A stretch of 64,000 nt of DNA from Gammaproteobacteria bacterium (lineage in GTDB: Bacteria; Pseudomonadota; Gammaproteobacteria; Steroidobacterales; Rariloculaceae), in assembly GCA_022826245.1 (NCBI GenBank), contig JAJDVG010000046.1, positions 5,523 through 69,522 of the forward strand, written 5' to 3'. The translations under genes and the position numbers were made by a program. The notes under the pieces are model-generated. The model ran no database searches, was not told the origin of the DNA, and saw only the letters and a list, made by a program, of their open reading frames with translations. Below are positions 9,532 to 18,375 of this stretch, one piece after another. Numbering within the stretch: position 1 is the first letter of the stretch; each line of letters opens with the position of its first letter.

Positions 9532-10273
9532 GGTAGTTGACCGCGAACCGGTAGGCCAGCGCCGTCATCGGTTCGGGATAGTAGGGATCGTCGGCGTGCT
9601 CCCAGGCGTCGCCGAGATCCATATTGTGATTGATCGCGACCATGAGCCGGCCGCTGTCGTCGTAGACGCCGCGCCAGTGCGGCGTGATCCCGTCGCGTTC
9701 GTAGGTCACGCCGTACGAGAGCGCGGCGATGCCCGGAATCTGGATGCGCTGGTCGAGATCGTAGAGCACGTGCAGCACTTCGTCGTTGTCGGGAATGTCG
9801 ACGATCGGACGGTCCGGAAAGACGCGCGTCATCGACTCCATGAAGCCCGCCCATTCGTAACTGCCGTGAAAGTCGTCGACCATGAGGAAGCCGCCGCGCA
9901 GGAGATACTCGCGGAGCCGGGCGGCTTCGAGCTCGTCGAGGTACCAGCGGCCGACCTCGACGGCGTACAGCCACGGATAGTCGAAGATCGCGTCGTCGTC
10001 GAGACCGATGATTCGGGCTTCGTTGCGAGGGCTCGCTTCGACCCGGGTCAGGCGCGTAATGCCCTGAAGGAAGTGCGTTTCGGCTTCAGGCCAGTCCACG
10101 TCCCAACTGCTGCCGTAACCGAAACTGCCGCCGCGGCTCGAGTAGAGCAGCCTCGTGAAATGAAACTCGGCCGTCGGCTGTTCCGTGCGGCGGCCGTACT
10201 CATCGCTTAACGCGGCAAGCGTCAGCGCGATCAGCGCAGTCGCAGCCAGCACCTGGATCAAGCGTGCAGTCAT
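9509..10273 (-). CDS. DUF4159-like protein (membrane-anchored or secreted)
   Basis: Trimmed to MTARLIQVLAATALIALTLAA, a hydrophobic N-terminus. The blocks YPWLY...GGFLMVDDFHG...VAINHNMDLGDAWE recall DUF4159, a family that co-occurs with MoxR/DUF58/BatA clusters. Confidence 0.7.
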   Translation of the reverse strand: MTARLIQVLAATALIALTLAALSDEYGRRTEQPTAEFHFTRLLYSSRGGSFGYGSSWDVDWPEAETHFLQGITRLTRVEASPRNEARIIGLDDDAIFDYPWLYAVEVGRWYLDELEAARLREYLLRGGFLMVDDFHGSYEWAGFMESMTRVFPDRPIVDIPDNDEVLHVLYDLDQRIQIPGIAALSYGVTYERDGITPHWRGVYDDSGRLMVAINHNMDLGDAWEHADDPYYPEPMTALAYRFAVNYLIYAMTH

Positions 10274-10420
10274 CGAGCCGTGTGTTCGTGTCGCCGTTTC
10301 AGGATTGCAGTCCGTCGCCAGCATGTTCCGCTTTGGCGGCCCTGCGCGCAAGTCTGCGCCGCTCGCGGCCTGATCTCACTCCGCAGCGGTCGGCGGACGG
10401 GCCGGTGCGCCGCGGCGGCA

Positions 10421-10660
10421 TCACGGTTGCTCTGCCTCGGTAAACCAGCCGTCGATCTCGCCGGTGGCAAGCTCATCGATGGTGTATTCGTTGAATGCCC
10501 GGTAGGCGGTCCAGTGGCCGATCTTGTCCTGCAGCTCGAGCGCCTGCCAGCCGGCGGTCGTGGCAACGCGCTCGCGGTAGGCGGCGAGCTGCGCGTCGGC
10601 ATACTCGTTGCACCTCGCCAGAAACGCCGTGACGACGGCCTTTTTCTCCTCTACGGTCAT
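10421..10660 (-). CDS. small hypothetical protein (79 aa)
   Basis: Internal start MTVEEKKAVVTAFLARCNEY. No recognisable motif. Coding is judged only from non-shadow-like composition. Confidence 0.4.
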   Translation of the reverse strand: MTVEEKKAVVTAFLARCNEYADAQLAAYRERVATTAGWQALELQDKIGHWTAYRAFNEYTIDELATGEIDGWFTEAEQP

Positions 10661-10859
10661 CTTCGTCCCCGGTCGTTCGGCCGGCCGCAACCGCGCGCGA
10701 GAGCGCCTCTTTCGGGCTGATTCCGGGCTGGTTTTGGAGCGGGTTGTCGATGCTATCATGCTCGGCCGACGGCACTTCTACAGTGATTTGCTTGTCACAA
10801 GGTAATCTGACACAAGACCAATACTCATTCAGCCGTCGCCAGGCGCCCAAAGGCAAATC

Positions 10860-13103
10860 TTGTTCGAACTGTTCTTCAAATACTCTCGCCGCACGTTTGA
10901 GCAGGGCGAGTTCCTGTTTTCGAGCGGCTGGCCGCTCTGGCTGCTCGCCGTGTTCGTCGTGCTCGGCGCCGCGGTCATCGGATTCGCGCTGTATCGGAAC
11001 CGTCAGGACATGGGCCTCTTCAGGCTCGTCGCGCTCGGCGCGCTGCAGACCCTGATGTTGGCCGTGGCTCTCACGCTGCTTTGGCGCCCGGCGCTGCTGA
11101 GCCAGACGCTCCGCCCGCAGGAAAACTCCGTAGCCCTGCTGCTCGACACGTCGGCGAGCATGAGCTACGGAACGGACGAAGAGTCGCGCCTGCAGCAGGC
11201 GGTAACGGCGCTCGACGAGCGCACATTGCCGGAACTCGAAGCCGACTTCGATATCGAGTCGTTCGCATTCTCGGACCTTACGGTCTCGCTCGAGTCGCTC
11301 GAACTCTTGCCGCCGCCGGGTTCGCGAACGCATATCGGCGACGCCGTACTGACGGTGCTTCGCGGCGCGAACGCCGGCGCCCTCGGCGCCCTCGTGCTGA
11401 TCAGCGACGGCGCGGACAATTCCGGCGACCTCGACGCCGCGCAAATCGCCGAGATCGCCGGTTTCGGCGTTCCGGTGCACACGCTCGGCGTCGGTCGCGA
11501 GAACCTCGACGACGATCTCGAACTCGAGGACGTGATCCTGCCGGCCCAGGGCATTCCGGGTTCCACTGTCGGCGCCCAGGTCAGCGTACGTCACGGACGC
11601 GGCTCGCAGGCTCAGCTCAAGGTCTACGACGGCGACAGCATCATCGCCTCGGAGCCGATCGACCTGCCGGCGCAGGCCGGCGTGACGACGCGCCTGATCG
11701 ACATCGACGTCGGCGATGCGGGGGTCCGGGATCTGCGTTTTTCGGTCGATGCAATCGGCGGCGAGCAGAATCTGGTCAACAACACGCAGATTCGCCCGCT
11801 CGAGGTTCCCGAGCGCAGGCGGCGCATCCTGTATGTCGAAGGCGAACCGCGCTGGGAGTACAAGTTCATCCGCAGGGCGCTCGACGAGGCGGCGCCCGTC
11901 GGCCTCGCGACGCTGTTGCGCACGACGCCCAACAAGTTCTACCGCCAGGGCGTCGATTCGGCCGAGGAACTGGCGGACGGCTTGCCCGACGACGAGCAGG
12001 CGCTGTTCGCCTACGACGCACTGATCATCGGCAGCTACGAAGCGGCGGCACTGACTCCCGAGCAGCAGGAGATGATCCGCGCCTTCGTGAGCCGCCGCGG
12101 CGGCAGCCTGCTCATGCTCGGCGGCCGCCGCGGCCTCGCCGACGGCGGCTGGGGCTTGACGCCCGTGGCCGAAGTCCTGCCCGCGCAGTTGCCCGAGATC
12201 GACGCGCCGAGCTTCATCCGCTATCCCGCCAAGGCCGTCCTGACCGCCGACGGCGAGCGCTCGCTGCTTACCCGGCTCGATGCCGACGACGCGGTCAACC
12301 GGCGACTCTGGGAAGAGCTGCCCGATCTCGCCGATTTCCAGTACGTCAGCAATCTGAAGCCCGGCGCGGCCGTGCTGCTCGAGGCCGAGATCCAGGGCAG
12401 CACCGAACCGCTGCTCGTGCATCAGCGCTTCGGGCTCGGCAACGCGTACATACTGGCGAGCGGCGGCACCTGGCGCTGGCAGATGCAGTTGCCGCACGAA
12501 GACCAGCGCCACGAAACCTTCTGGCGCCAGTTGTTGCAGGCACTCGCGGCGAGCGCGCCCGAGCCCGTCATGCTGTCGACGCAACGGGTCTTCTACGCCG
12601 ACGAGACCACCGTGACGCTGCGTGCGGAAGTCAGGGACCGCGAATACCAGCCGGCCGCGAGCGCCGCCGTCAGCGTTTCGATCGACGACGGCTTCAATCC
12701 CGCGGTCTCCGAGGCGATGACGCCCGTGCCGGGTGAGCCGGGCGTCTACGAATTGAGTTACGAAGCCGAGGCGGCCGGGATCTACCGTTTCGAAGCCACG
12801 GCCGAACTCGATGGCGAGGTGCTCGGCGACGCCCGGGTCGCGGTCCGGCGTGAGGACGACGTGGCCGAGCATTTCCGCATCCAGCAGGACCGCGCGTTGC
12901 TCGAACGGCTCGCGGCGGCAACGGGCGGGCGCTACTTCTCGCTCGACGATGTCGATGAAATCCCGGAGGCCGTGCAGTTCTCCGAGGCCGGCATCGTGGA
13001 GCGGCAGATCCTGGATCTGTGGAACATGCCCGTGAATTTCCTGCTGCTGCTCCTGCTCAAGGCCGGGGAGTGGCTGCTCAGGCTCCGCTGGGGTCGGTTG
13101 TGA
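10860..13103 (+). CDS. membrane protein with VWA (MIDAS) domain and a C-terminal class-I glutamine-amidotransferase-like domain
   Basis: TTG start. Two N-terminal hydrophobic helices. MIDAS LLLDTSASMSYG. Later blocks ILYVEGEPRWEYKFIRRAL...YDALIIGSY...GGSLLMLGG, as in Bat-type VWA/GATase-like proteins. Confidence 0.75.
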   Translation: MFELFFKYSRRTFEQGEFLFSSGWPLWLLAVFVVLGAAVIGFALYRNRQDMGLFRLVALGALQTLMLAVALTLLWRPALLSQTLRPQENSVALLLDTSASMSYGTDEESRLQQAVTALDERTLPELEADFDIESFAFSDLTVSLESLELLPPPGSRTHIGDAVLTVLRGANAGALGALVLISDGADNSGDLDAAQIAEIAGFGVPVHTLGVGRENLDDDLELEDVILPAQGIPGSTVGAQVSVRHGRGSQAQLKVYDGDSIIASEPIDLPAQAGVTTRLIDIDVGDAGVRDLRFSVDAIGGEQNLVNNTQIRPLEVPERRRRILYVEGEPRWEYKFIRRALDEAAPVGLATLLRTTPNKFYRQGVDSAEELADGLPDDEQALFAYDALIIGSYEAAALTPEQQEMIRAFVSRRGGSLLMLGGRRGLADGGWGLTPVAEVLPAQLPEIDAPSFIRYPAKAVLTADGERSLLTRLDADDAVNRRLWEELPDLADFQYVSNLKPGAAVLLEAEIQGSTEPLLVHQRFGLGNAYILASGGTWRWQMQLPHEDQRHETFWRQLLQALAASAPEPVMLSTQRVFYADETTVTLRAEVRDREYQPAASAAVSVSIDDGFNPAVSEAMTPVPGEPGVYELSYEAEAAGIYRFEATAELDGEVLGDARVAVRREDDVAEHFRIQQDRALLERLAAATGGRYFSLDDVDEIPEAVQFSEAGIVERQILDLWNMPVNFLLLLLLKAGEWLLRLRWGRL

Positions 13104-13105
13104 GC

Positions 13106-14083
13106 ATGCCGGCAACTCGCGGCGGAAGCCCAGCCGCATGGGGTGGAAAACTGCCTGGCCGGTTTCTCGGCGATGCGGTGTTGCGCCGCGGACTGCTTGC
13201 CGCGACTTTAACGGCCGGCCTGCTCGCAGTCGCGCCGGTTGCCCGGGCGGAGCTGTACTATCTGATCGTCGGCGGCCTGGGCGGCGAAACTTCCTATGAC
13301 GAAGCCTTCGCGGGCTACGCCGAGTCGCTTGCCGAGGCGGCTCTGCGGACCGCCGGCGAAGAGTCCCGGGTCGCCGTGCTCGCCGGCGCCGACGCCAGCC
13401 GCGACGCGCTGCGGGCGAGCCTGTCGGACCTGGCCGAACAGACGGGCGAAACGGACAGCCTGGCGGTCTTTCTCGTCGGCCACGGCAGCTACGACGGTCA
13501 GCAGTACAAGTTCAATCTCCCGGGCCCGGATATCGACGGCGACGAACTCGGAGCGCTGCTCGCGGCCGTGCCGGCGCGCACGCAGCTCATCGTCAACGCG
13601 ACGAGCGCGAGCGGCGCGGTGCTCGAGGACTGGAGCGCGGACAACCGCACGGTGATCACGGCAACGCGCAGCGGCGCCGAACGCAATGCCACGCGCTTCG
13701 CCGAACACTGGGCCGCGGCGCTGTCGTCGGACGAATCCGACCTTGACAAGAACAACGTGATCACGGCCCGGGAGGCGTTCGATTACGCGGCGCGCAAGGT
13801 CGCCGACAGTTACGAGTCCGAAGGCACGCTCGCCACCGAGCATCCGCAGATCGCCGGCGATACCGCGGCGCGATTCGATGTCGCGAGGCTCGTGGCCCGG
13901 GTTGTCGACACGCCGCGCATGCAGGCGCTCATCGACGAACTCGATTCCCTCGAAGAACAGATCGCGGCGCTGCGCCTGCGCCGCAACGAGCTCGCGGTCG
14001 ACGATTACCAGGCGCAGCTTCAGGCACTGTTGGTCGAGCTCGCGCTCGTGCAGCAACAGATCGACGTGGTTGGAGAGCAATAG
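13106..14083 (+). CDS. secreted caspase-fold (clan CD-like) protein with Ser in place of the catalytic Cys, plus a C-terminal coiled coil
   Basis: Start ATG lies 2 nt after the upstream stop. N-terminal signal or anchor ...LAVAPVARA. AVFLVGHGSYDG matches the His-Gly strand of caspase/legumain-like peptidases. QLIVNATSASGAVL occupies the xxDACxSG strand but has Ser where Cys is expected. Heptad-like tail at the C-terminus. Confidence 0.55.
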   Translation: MPATRGGSPAAWGGKLPGRFLGDAVLRRGLLAATLTAGLLAVAPVARAELYYLIVGGLGGETSYDEAFAGYAESLAEAALRTAGEESRVAVLAGADASRDALRASLSDLAEQTGETDSLAVFLVGHGSYDGQQYKFNLPGPDIDGDELGALLAAVPARTQLIVNATSASGAVLEDWSADNRTVITATRSGAERNATRFAEHWAAALSSDESDLDKNNVITAREAFDYAARKVADSYESEGTLATEHPQIAGDTAARFDVARLVARVVDTPRMQALIDELDSLEEQIAALRLRRNELAVDDYQAQLQALLVELALVQQQIDVVGEQ

Positions 14084-14087
14084 CTTC

Positions 14088-16367
14088 ATGCGCCTGAACG
14101 CCCCTCTTGTCTGGCTCCTGCTGGCGGTCGCGGCGCCGCAAGCGCACGCGTTCAGGATCGAGTACGGCGCGGACCGGCAAACGGAACTAGTTGCCTGCGA
14201 CCGGGCTCTCTACACGGGGCAGCGCGCCGAGGCCATGCGCTGCTACCGGGAACTGCTCGCGACGAACGACGACGTTCGCATCAAGGCCGAGGCGGCCCGC
14301 TCGCTCGGCGACCCGCGCGCCGCGAACGGGTTCTTCCAGACGGCGCTCGATACGTATCCCGAAGATCCCGCGGTCCGCACGCGCTGGGGCGAGTTGTTCA
14401 TCGAAACGCATCAGGACAACGAGGCGGTAAGGCTCTTCCAGGAGAGCCTCGAGCTCGCGCCGGATCATGCGCCGGCCATACTGGGGCTCGCGAGTATCTC
14501 GGCGGGCCGCTTCGAGGACAGGACGCGCGCGTGGGTCGACGAGGTGCTCGACCTGGACCCGGACAACATCGGCGCCCACCTGCTGCTCGCGCGCATGAGT
14601 CTCGAGGAAGGCGACATCGACGCGGCCGACGCGCGCCTGACACGCGCGTTGGAGATCGTCGAGGAGCGCGGGCTGCCGCCGCTCGAAATCCATGCGCTCA
14701 AGGCTTCGGTCGACCTGCTCAGGGGCATCGAGCAAAGCCCCTGGACCGAGCGGGCGCTGGAATACAACGCGGGCTTTGGCGAGATCTTTGCGACTCCCGC
14801 GCACTTCTACGTGATCACGCGCCGGTATCGCGAAGCCGCCGAGCTGTACCGAAGCGCGGTCGAGATTCAACCCGATCTGTGGGCGGCGCATGCCGAACTC
14901 GGAGTGAACCTGCTGCGCGGCGACTGCGAGAATCCCGAGGCGACCATTGCCGAAGCGCAGCGGCACCTTGCGCTCGCCTACCAGGGCGACCCTTACAGCG
15001 CCCAAACGGTCAACTCGCTGCGGCTCATCGACAGCTTTGACAATTTCGCGCTCACGCGCCACGACTCGGCCGAGGGCGACGAGGCCGCGGGGCCTTCCGT
15101 GATCCTGCGCCTGCATCGCGACGAGGACCTGGTACTCAGGCCCTATGTGCTCGAACTGGTGAATCGAAGCATCGAGACCTTCGCCCGGCGCTATGGTTTC
15201 GAGCTCGAGGAACCCGTCATCGTCGAGCTGTACCCCGAACACGATGACTTTGCCGTGCGCACCGCCGGTCTGCCGGGCATCGGGCTGCTCGGCGTCACCT
15301 TCGGTTGTCTCGTCGCCATGGACAGCGTATCGGCGCGCGCCGAAGGCGACTTCCACTGGGGCACGACGCTGTGGCACGAAATGGCGCATGTGTTCACGCT
15401 CCGGGCGACGAACCATCTCGTGCCGCGCTGGTTCAGCGAGGGCGTGTCGGTCTACGAGGAATGGAGCACCGGGCCGCTGCCGGGCCGCCACATCCCCGTG
15501 CACGTGCTCGAGGCGATCGGCGATGACAAGCTGCTGCCCGTTGCCGAACTCGACCAGGGCTTCATCCGGCCGACCTACGAGAACCAGGTCGTGGTGTCCT
15601 ACATGCAGGCCGGGTTGATCTGCGAGTACATCGCCGCGAACTGGGGCCAGAGGAGCCTGCAGGCGATGCTCGAACACTATCGCGACGGCCTTGAAACGGA
15701 CGAGGCGATCGAGCGCGCGCTCGGCGTGACGGCCGGGCAGTTCGACTCGCAGTTCGAACGATACGTGGCGGAGGAATTCGGCGCGGTGCTCGGCAATCTC
15801 GAAGACTGGCAGCGAGCCCAGGGCGCCGCCTGGGAAAGCGCCGCACAGGGCGCATGGGATCGGGCGCTGACCGAGGCGTCGCGAGCCATCGAACTCTTTC
15901 CGGAATATGTCGATGACGGCAGCGCCTGGCTCGTCAAGTCCCGTGCTCATGAGGAACTCGGTGAGGACGGTGCGGCGCTTGAAGCGCTCAGCGAATACCG
16001 CCGGCTCGGCGGCTACGCTCCCGGCGCGCTGATGCGGCTCGCCGGCTGGCTGCGCGACGCAGGCAGCGATTCCGAGGCGATCAGCGTTCTCGAGGATGTC
16101 ATCCAGGTTGCGCCGCTGCAGCAGGATCTGCACGTCGGGCTCGGCGACCTGCTGCTCGAAGCCGGTCGTAGCGACCAGGCGCTGACCGAATATCAGGTCT
16201 ATGCCGCAACGAATCCCCACGACCAGGCTTCGGTGCATCTGCGGCTCGCGAAAGCCTATCGCGCGCTCGATGACCCGGATCTGACCCGCGAGCATGTATT
16301 GAGTGCTCTTGAAATCGCGCCTCACTACCGCGAGGCGCAGCAGCTACTACTGGAGATCGTACGTTGA
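14088..16367 (+). CDS. secreted TPR-repeat protein with an embedded HExxH zinc-peptidase (peptidase MA-like) domain
   Basis: Signal peptide MRLNAPLVWLLLAVAAPQAHA. WHEMAHVFTLRATNHLVPRWFSEGVSVYEE gives HExxH plus a downstream Glu. TPR-like repeats lie on both sides. Confidence 0.75.
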   Translation: MRLNAPLVWLLLAVAAPQAHAFRIEYGADRQTELVACDRALYTGQRAEAMRCYRELLATNDDVRIKAEAARSLGDPRAANGFFQTALDTYPEDPAVRTRWGELFIETHQDNEAVRLFQESLELAPDHAPAILGLASISAGRFEDRTRAWVDEVLDLDPDNIGAHLLLARMSLEEGDIDAADARLTRALEIVEERGLPPLEIHALKASVDLLRGIEQSPWTERALEYNAGFGEIFATPAHFYVITRRYREAAELYRSAVEIQPDLWAAHAELGVNLLRGDCENPEATIAEAQRHLALAYQGDPYSAQTVNSLRLIDSFDNFALTRHDSAEGDEAAGPSVILRLHRDEDLVLRPYVLELVNRSIETFARRYGFELEEPVIVELYPEHDDFAVRTAGLPGIGLLGVTFGCLVAMDSVSARAEGDFHWGTTLWHEMAHVFTLRATNHLVPRWFSEGVSVYEEWSTGPLPGRHIPVHVLEAIGDDKLLPVAELDQGFIRPTYENQVVVSYMQAGLICEYIAANWGQRSLQAMLEHYRDGLETDEAIERALGVTAGQFDSQFERYVAEEFGAVLGNLEDWQRAQGAAWESAAQGAWDRALTEASRAIELFPEYVDDGSAWLVKSRAHEELGEDGAALEALSEYRRLGGYAPGALMRLAGWLRDAGSDSEAISVLEDVIQVAPLQQDLHVGLGDLLLEAGRSDQALTEYQVYAATNPHDQASVHLRLAKAYRALDDPDLTREHVLSALEIAPHYREAQQLLLEIVR

Positions 16368-17413
16368 GCGTTGAAGTCGAAGTTCCAAGCCAGCTCCAGG
16401 ACGAAGAAACGATTGCCCTCGTCGGGAGCTTCCGTGAATCCCTGGATCGTATCCGGGTCGAGGTCGGCAAGGTCATCATCGGCCAGGAGGAAGTCGTCGA
16501 GCACCTGTTGCTGACGCTGCTCGTCGGCGGTCACTGCCTGATCACGGGCATGCCCGGAACGGCCAAGACGCTGCTCGTACGCACGCTTGCGGACGCGCTC
16601 GGCCTGACGTTCAATCGCATCCAGTTCACGCCCGACCTGATGCCCACCGACGTTACCGGCACGGACATCATCGAGGAGGACATCACGACGGGCCATCGGA
16701 CCTGGACATTCGTCCCCGGGCCGATCTTCGCGAACGTCCTGCTCGCTGACGAGATCAATCGCACGCCGCCGAAGACCCAGTCGGCGCTGCTCGAGGCCAT
16801 GCAGGAATTCTCGGTGACGGTGCGCGGAAACCACCACGACATCGAGCGGCCGTTCTTCGTGCTCGCGACGCAGAATCCGATCGAACTCGAAGGCACCTAT
16901 CCCTTGCCCGAGGCGCAGCTCGACCGATTCCTGTTCAACGTCATTCTCGACTACCTGACCGGGGACGAGGAGGTCGCGGTCGTCAACCGCTACACGACGC
17001 GCATGGACATCCCGGCCGTTGAAGCTTGCACGACTCCCGAACAGATCATGAAGTTCCAGTGGCTCGTCAGGCAGGTCCCGGTCTCCGAGACGGTCAATCG
17101 TTTCGCGGTGGATCTCGTCCGGGCCACCCGTCCGGAGGATCCGCTCTCGACGGACATCGTGCGCAAGTACATCCAGTACGGCGCGAGCGTGCGCGCCACG
17201 ATGTTCCTGACGCTCGCCGGCAAGGCGCGGGCGCTCATGAAGGGCCGCTACCACGTGACGCGCGACGACATCACCGCGCTCGTGCTGCCGGTCCTGCGCC
17301 ATCGCGTGCTTACGAACTACTTTGCCGAATCCGACAACATGGATGTCGACAAGGTGCTCACGCAGCTTCTGGAAGAGTTCGACAGCGCCGGGCTCAAGGC
17401 GCGCGCGAGCTGA
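16364..17413 (+). CDS. MoxR-family AAA+ ATPase
   Basis: TTG start overlapping the upstream stop by 4 nt. Walker A GMPGTAKT, Walker B LLADEINR, and the FFVLATQNPIELEGTYPLPEAQLDRF block typical of MoxR. Confidence 0.92.
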   Translation: MSVEVEVPSQLQDEETIALVGSFRESLDRIRVEVGKVIIGQEEVVEHLLLTLLVGGHCLITGMPGTAKTLLVRTLADALGLTFNRIQFTPDLMPTDVTGTDIIEEDITTGHRTWTFVPGPIFANVLLADEINRTPPKTQSALLEAMQEFSVTVRGNHHDIERPFFVLATQNPIELEGTYPLPEAQLDRFLFNVILDYLTGDEEVAVVNRYTTRMDIPAVEACTTPEQIMKFQWLVRQVPVSETVNRFAVDLVRATRPEDPLSTDIVRKYIQYGASVRATMFLTLAGKARALMKGRYHVTRDDITALVLPVLRHRVLTNYFAESDNMDVDKVLTQLLEEFDSAGLKARAS

Positions 17414-17436
17414 GCCATGCGAGCGAGCCGACATCA

Positions 17437-18345
17437 ATGAGCGCACGGGCGGGAGCCGCGCCGAAACACCTGCTCCAGCCGGAAGTGCTGGCGAGCCTCT
17501 CCAATCTCGATCTCGTCGCCCGGGTCGTCGCCGAAGGTTTCCTGACCGGGCTGCACCGTTCGCCGTTCTTCGGTTTCAGCCAGGAGTTCGCTGAGTACCG
17601 AGCCTATTCGGAGGGCGACGATCCGCGCTTCGTCGACTGGAACGTGTTCGCGCGCACCGAGCGCACCTACATCAAGCGCTATATCGGCGAGACCAATACC
17701 CACCTTGTTTTGCTGCTCGATGCCAGCGCATCGATGGCTTATGGCACCGGCAGCGTGAGCAAGCTCGACTACGGGAAGTTCCTCGCCGCGACGCTCGCCT
17801 ACCTGGCCGGCCGGCAACACGACGCGGTCGGCCTCATCGTATTCGACGAGGACGTACGCGAGTACCGCCCGCCGTCGTCGCGCGCGGGCCAACTGCAGGG
17901 CGTGTTTCACGCGATCGACCGGGCGCAGCCCGGCTCCGGCACGGATATCGACGCGCCGTTCGAGCGCTTCCGCGAGTTCGAAAAAGGGCGGGGGCTCGTC
18001 GCGGTCATCTCCGATTTCTACTGCGATCCCGAGGCCCTGCTCAAGGGCGTGCAGCCGCTGGCCTATCAGGGTCAGGACGTCATCCTCTTCCAGCTTCTCG
18101 ATCCGGAGGAACTCGAACCCACGCTCAGGGAATCGGCGATGCTCGAGGACATGGAGACGATGGAGACGATGGAGGTGTCGCCGATCTTCATGCGGTCGCG
18201 GTATCGTGAGCGCATCGACGCGCATGTCGACGCGCTGAAAAAGGCCGCGGTCGGAGTGGGCGCCGACCACACGCTCGTCAATATCTCCGCGCCGCTCAAC
18301 GAAGCGCTCAAGGACTATCTGACGTTCAGGCAGCGCCGTGGGTAA
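17437..18345 (+). CDS. DUF58 protein (VWA-like partner of MoxR)
   Basis: Trimmed to MSARAGAAPKHLL. GFSQEFAEYRAYSEGDDPRFVDWNVFARTE...LLLDASASMAYG are canonical DUF58 blocks. Confidence 0.9.
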   Translation: MSARAGAAPKHLLQPEVLASLSNLDLVARVVAEGFLTGLHRSPFFGFSQEFAEYRAYSEGDDPRFVDWNVFARTERTYIKRYIGETNTHLVLLLDASASMAYGTGSVSKLDYGKFLAATLAYLAGRQHDAVGLIVFDEDVREYRPPSSRAGQLQGVFHAIDRAQPGSGTDIDAPFERFREFEKGRGLVAVISDFYCDPEALLKGVQPLAYQGQDVILFQLLDPEELEPTLRESAMLEDMETMETMEVSPIFMRSRYRERIDAHVDALKKAAVGVGADHTLVNISAPLNEALKDYLTFRQRRG

Positions 18346-18375
18346 GCGATTTCGAGTGTCCGCGAGGCGCGGGCC

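Noticed and set aside
10473-13139. 888-aa minus-strand ORF
   Set aside because: It is antisense to the well-supported VWA/GATase-like gene. Its Arg/Ala/Gly/Pro-rich composition has no motifs, which is typical of a high-GC shadow ORF.
14187-16325. 712-aa minus-strand ORF
   Set aside because: It is antisense to the TPR-HExxH peptidase gene, has no recognisable domains, and has the composition of an out-of-frame GC-rich translation.
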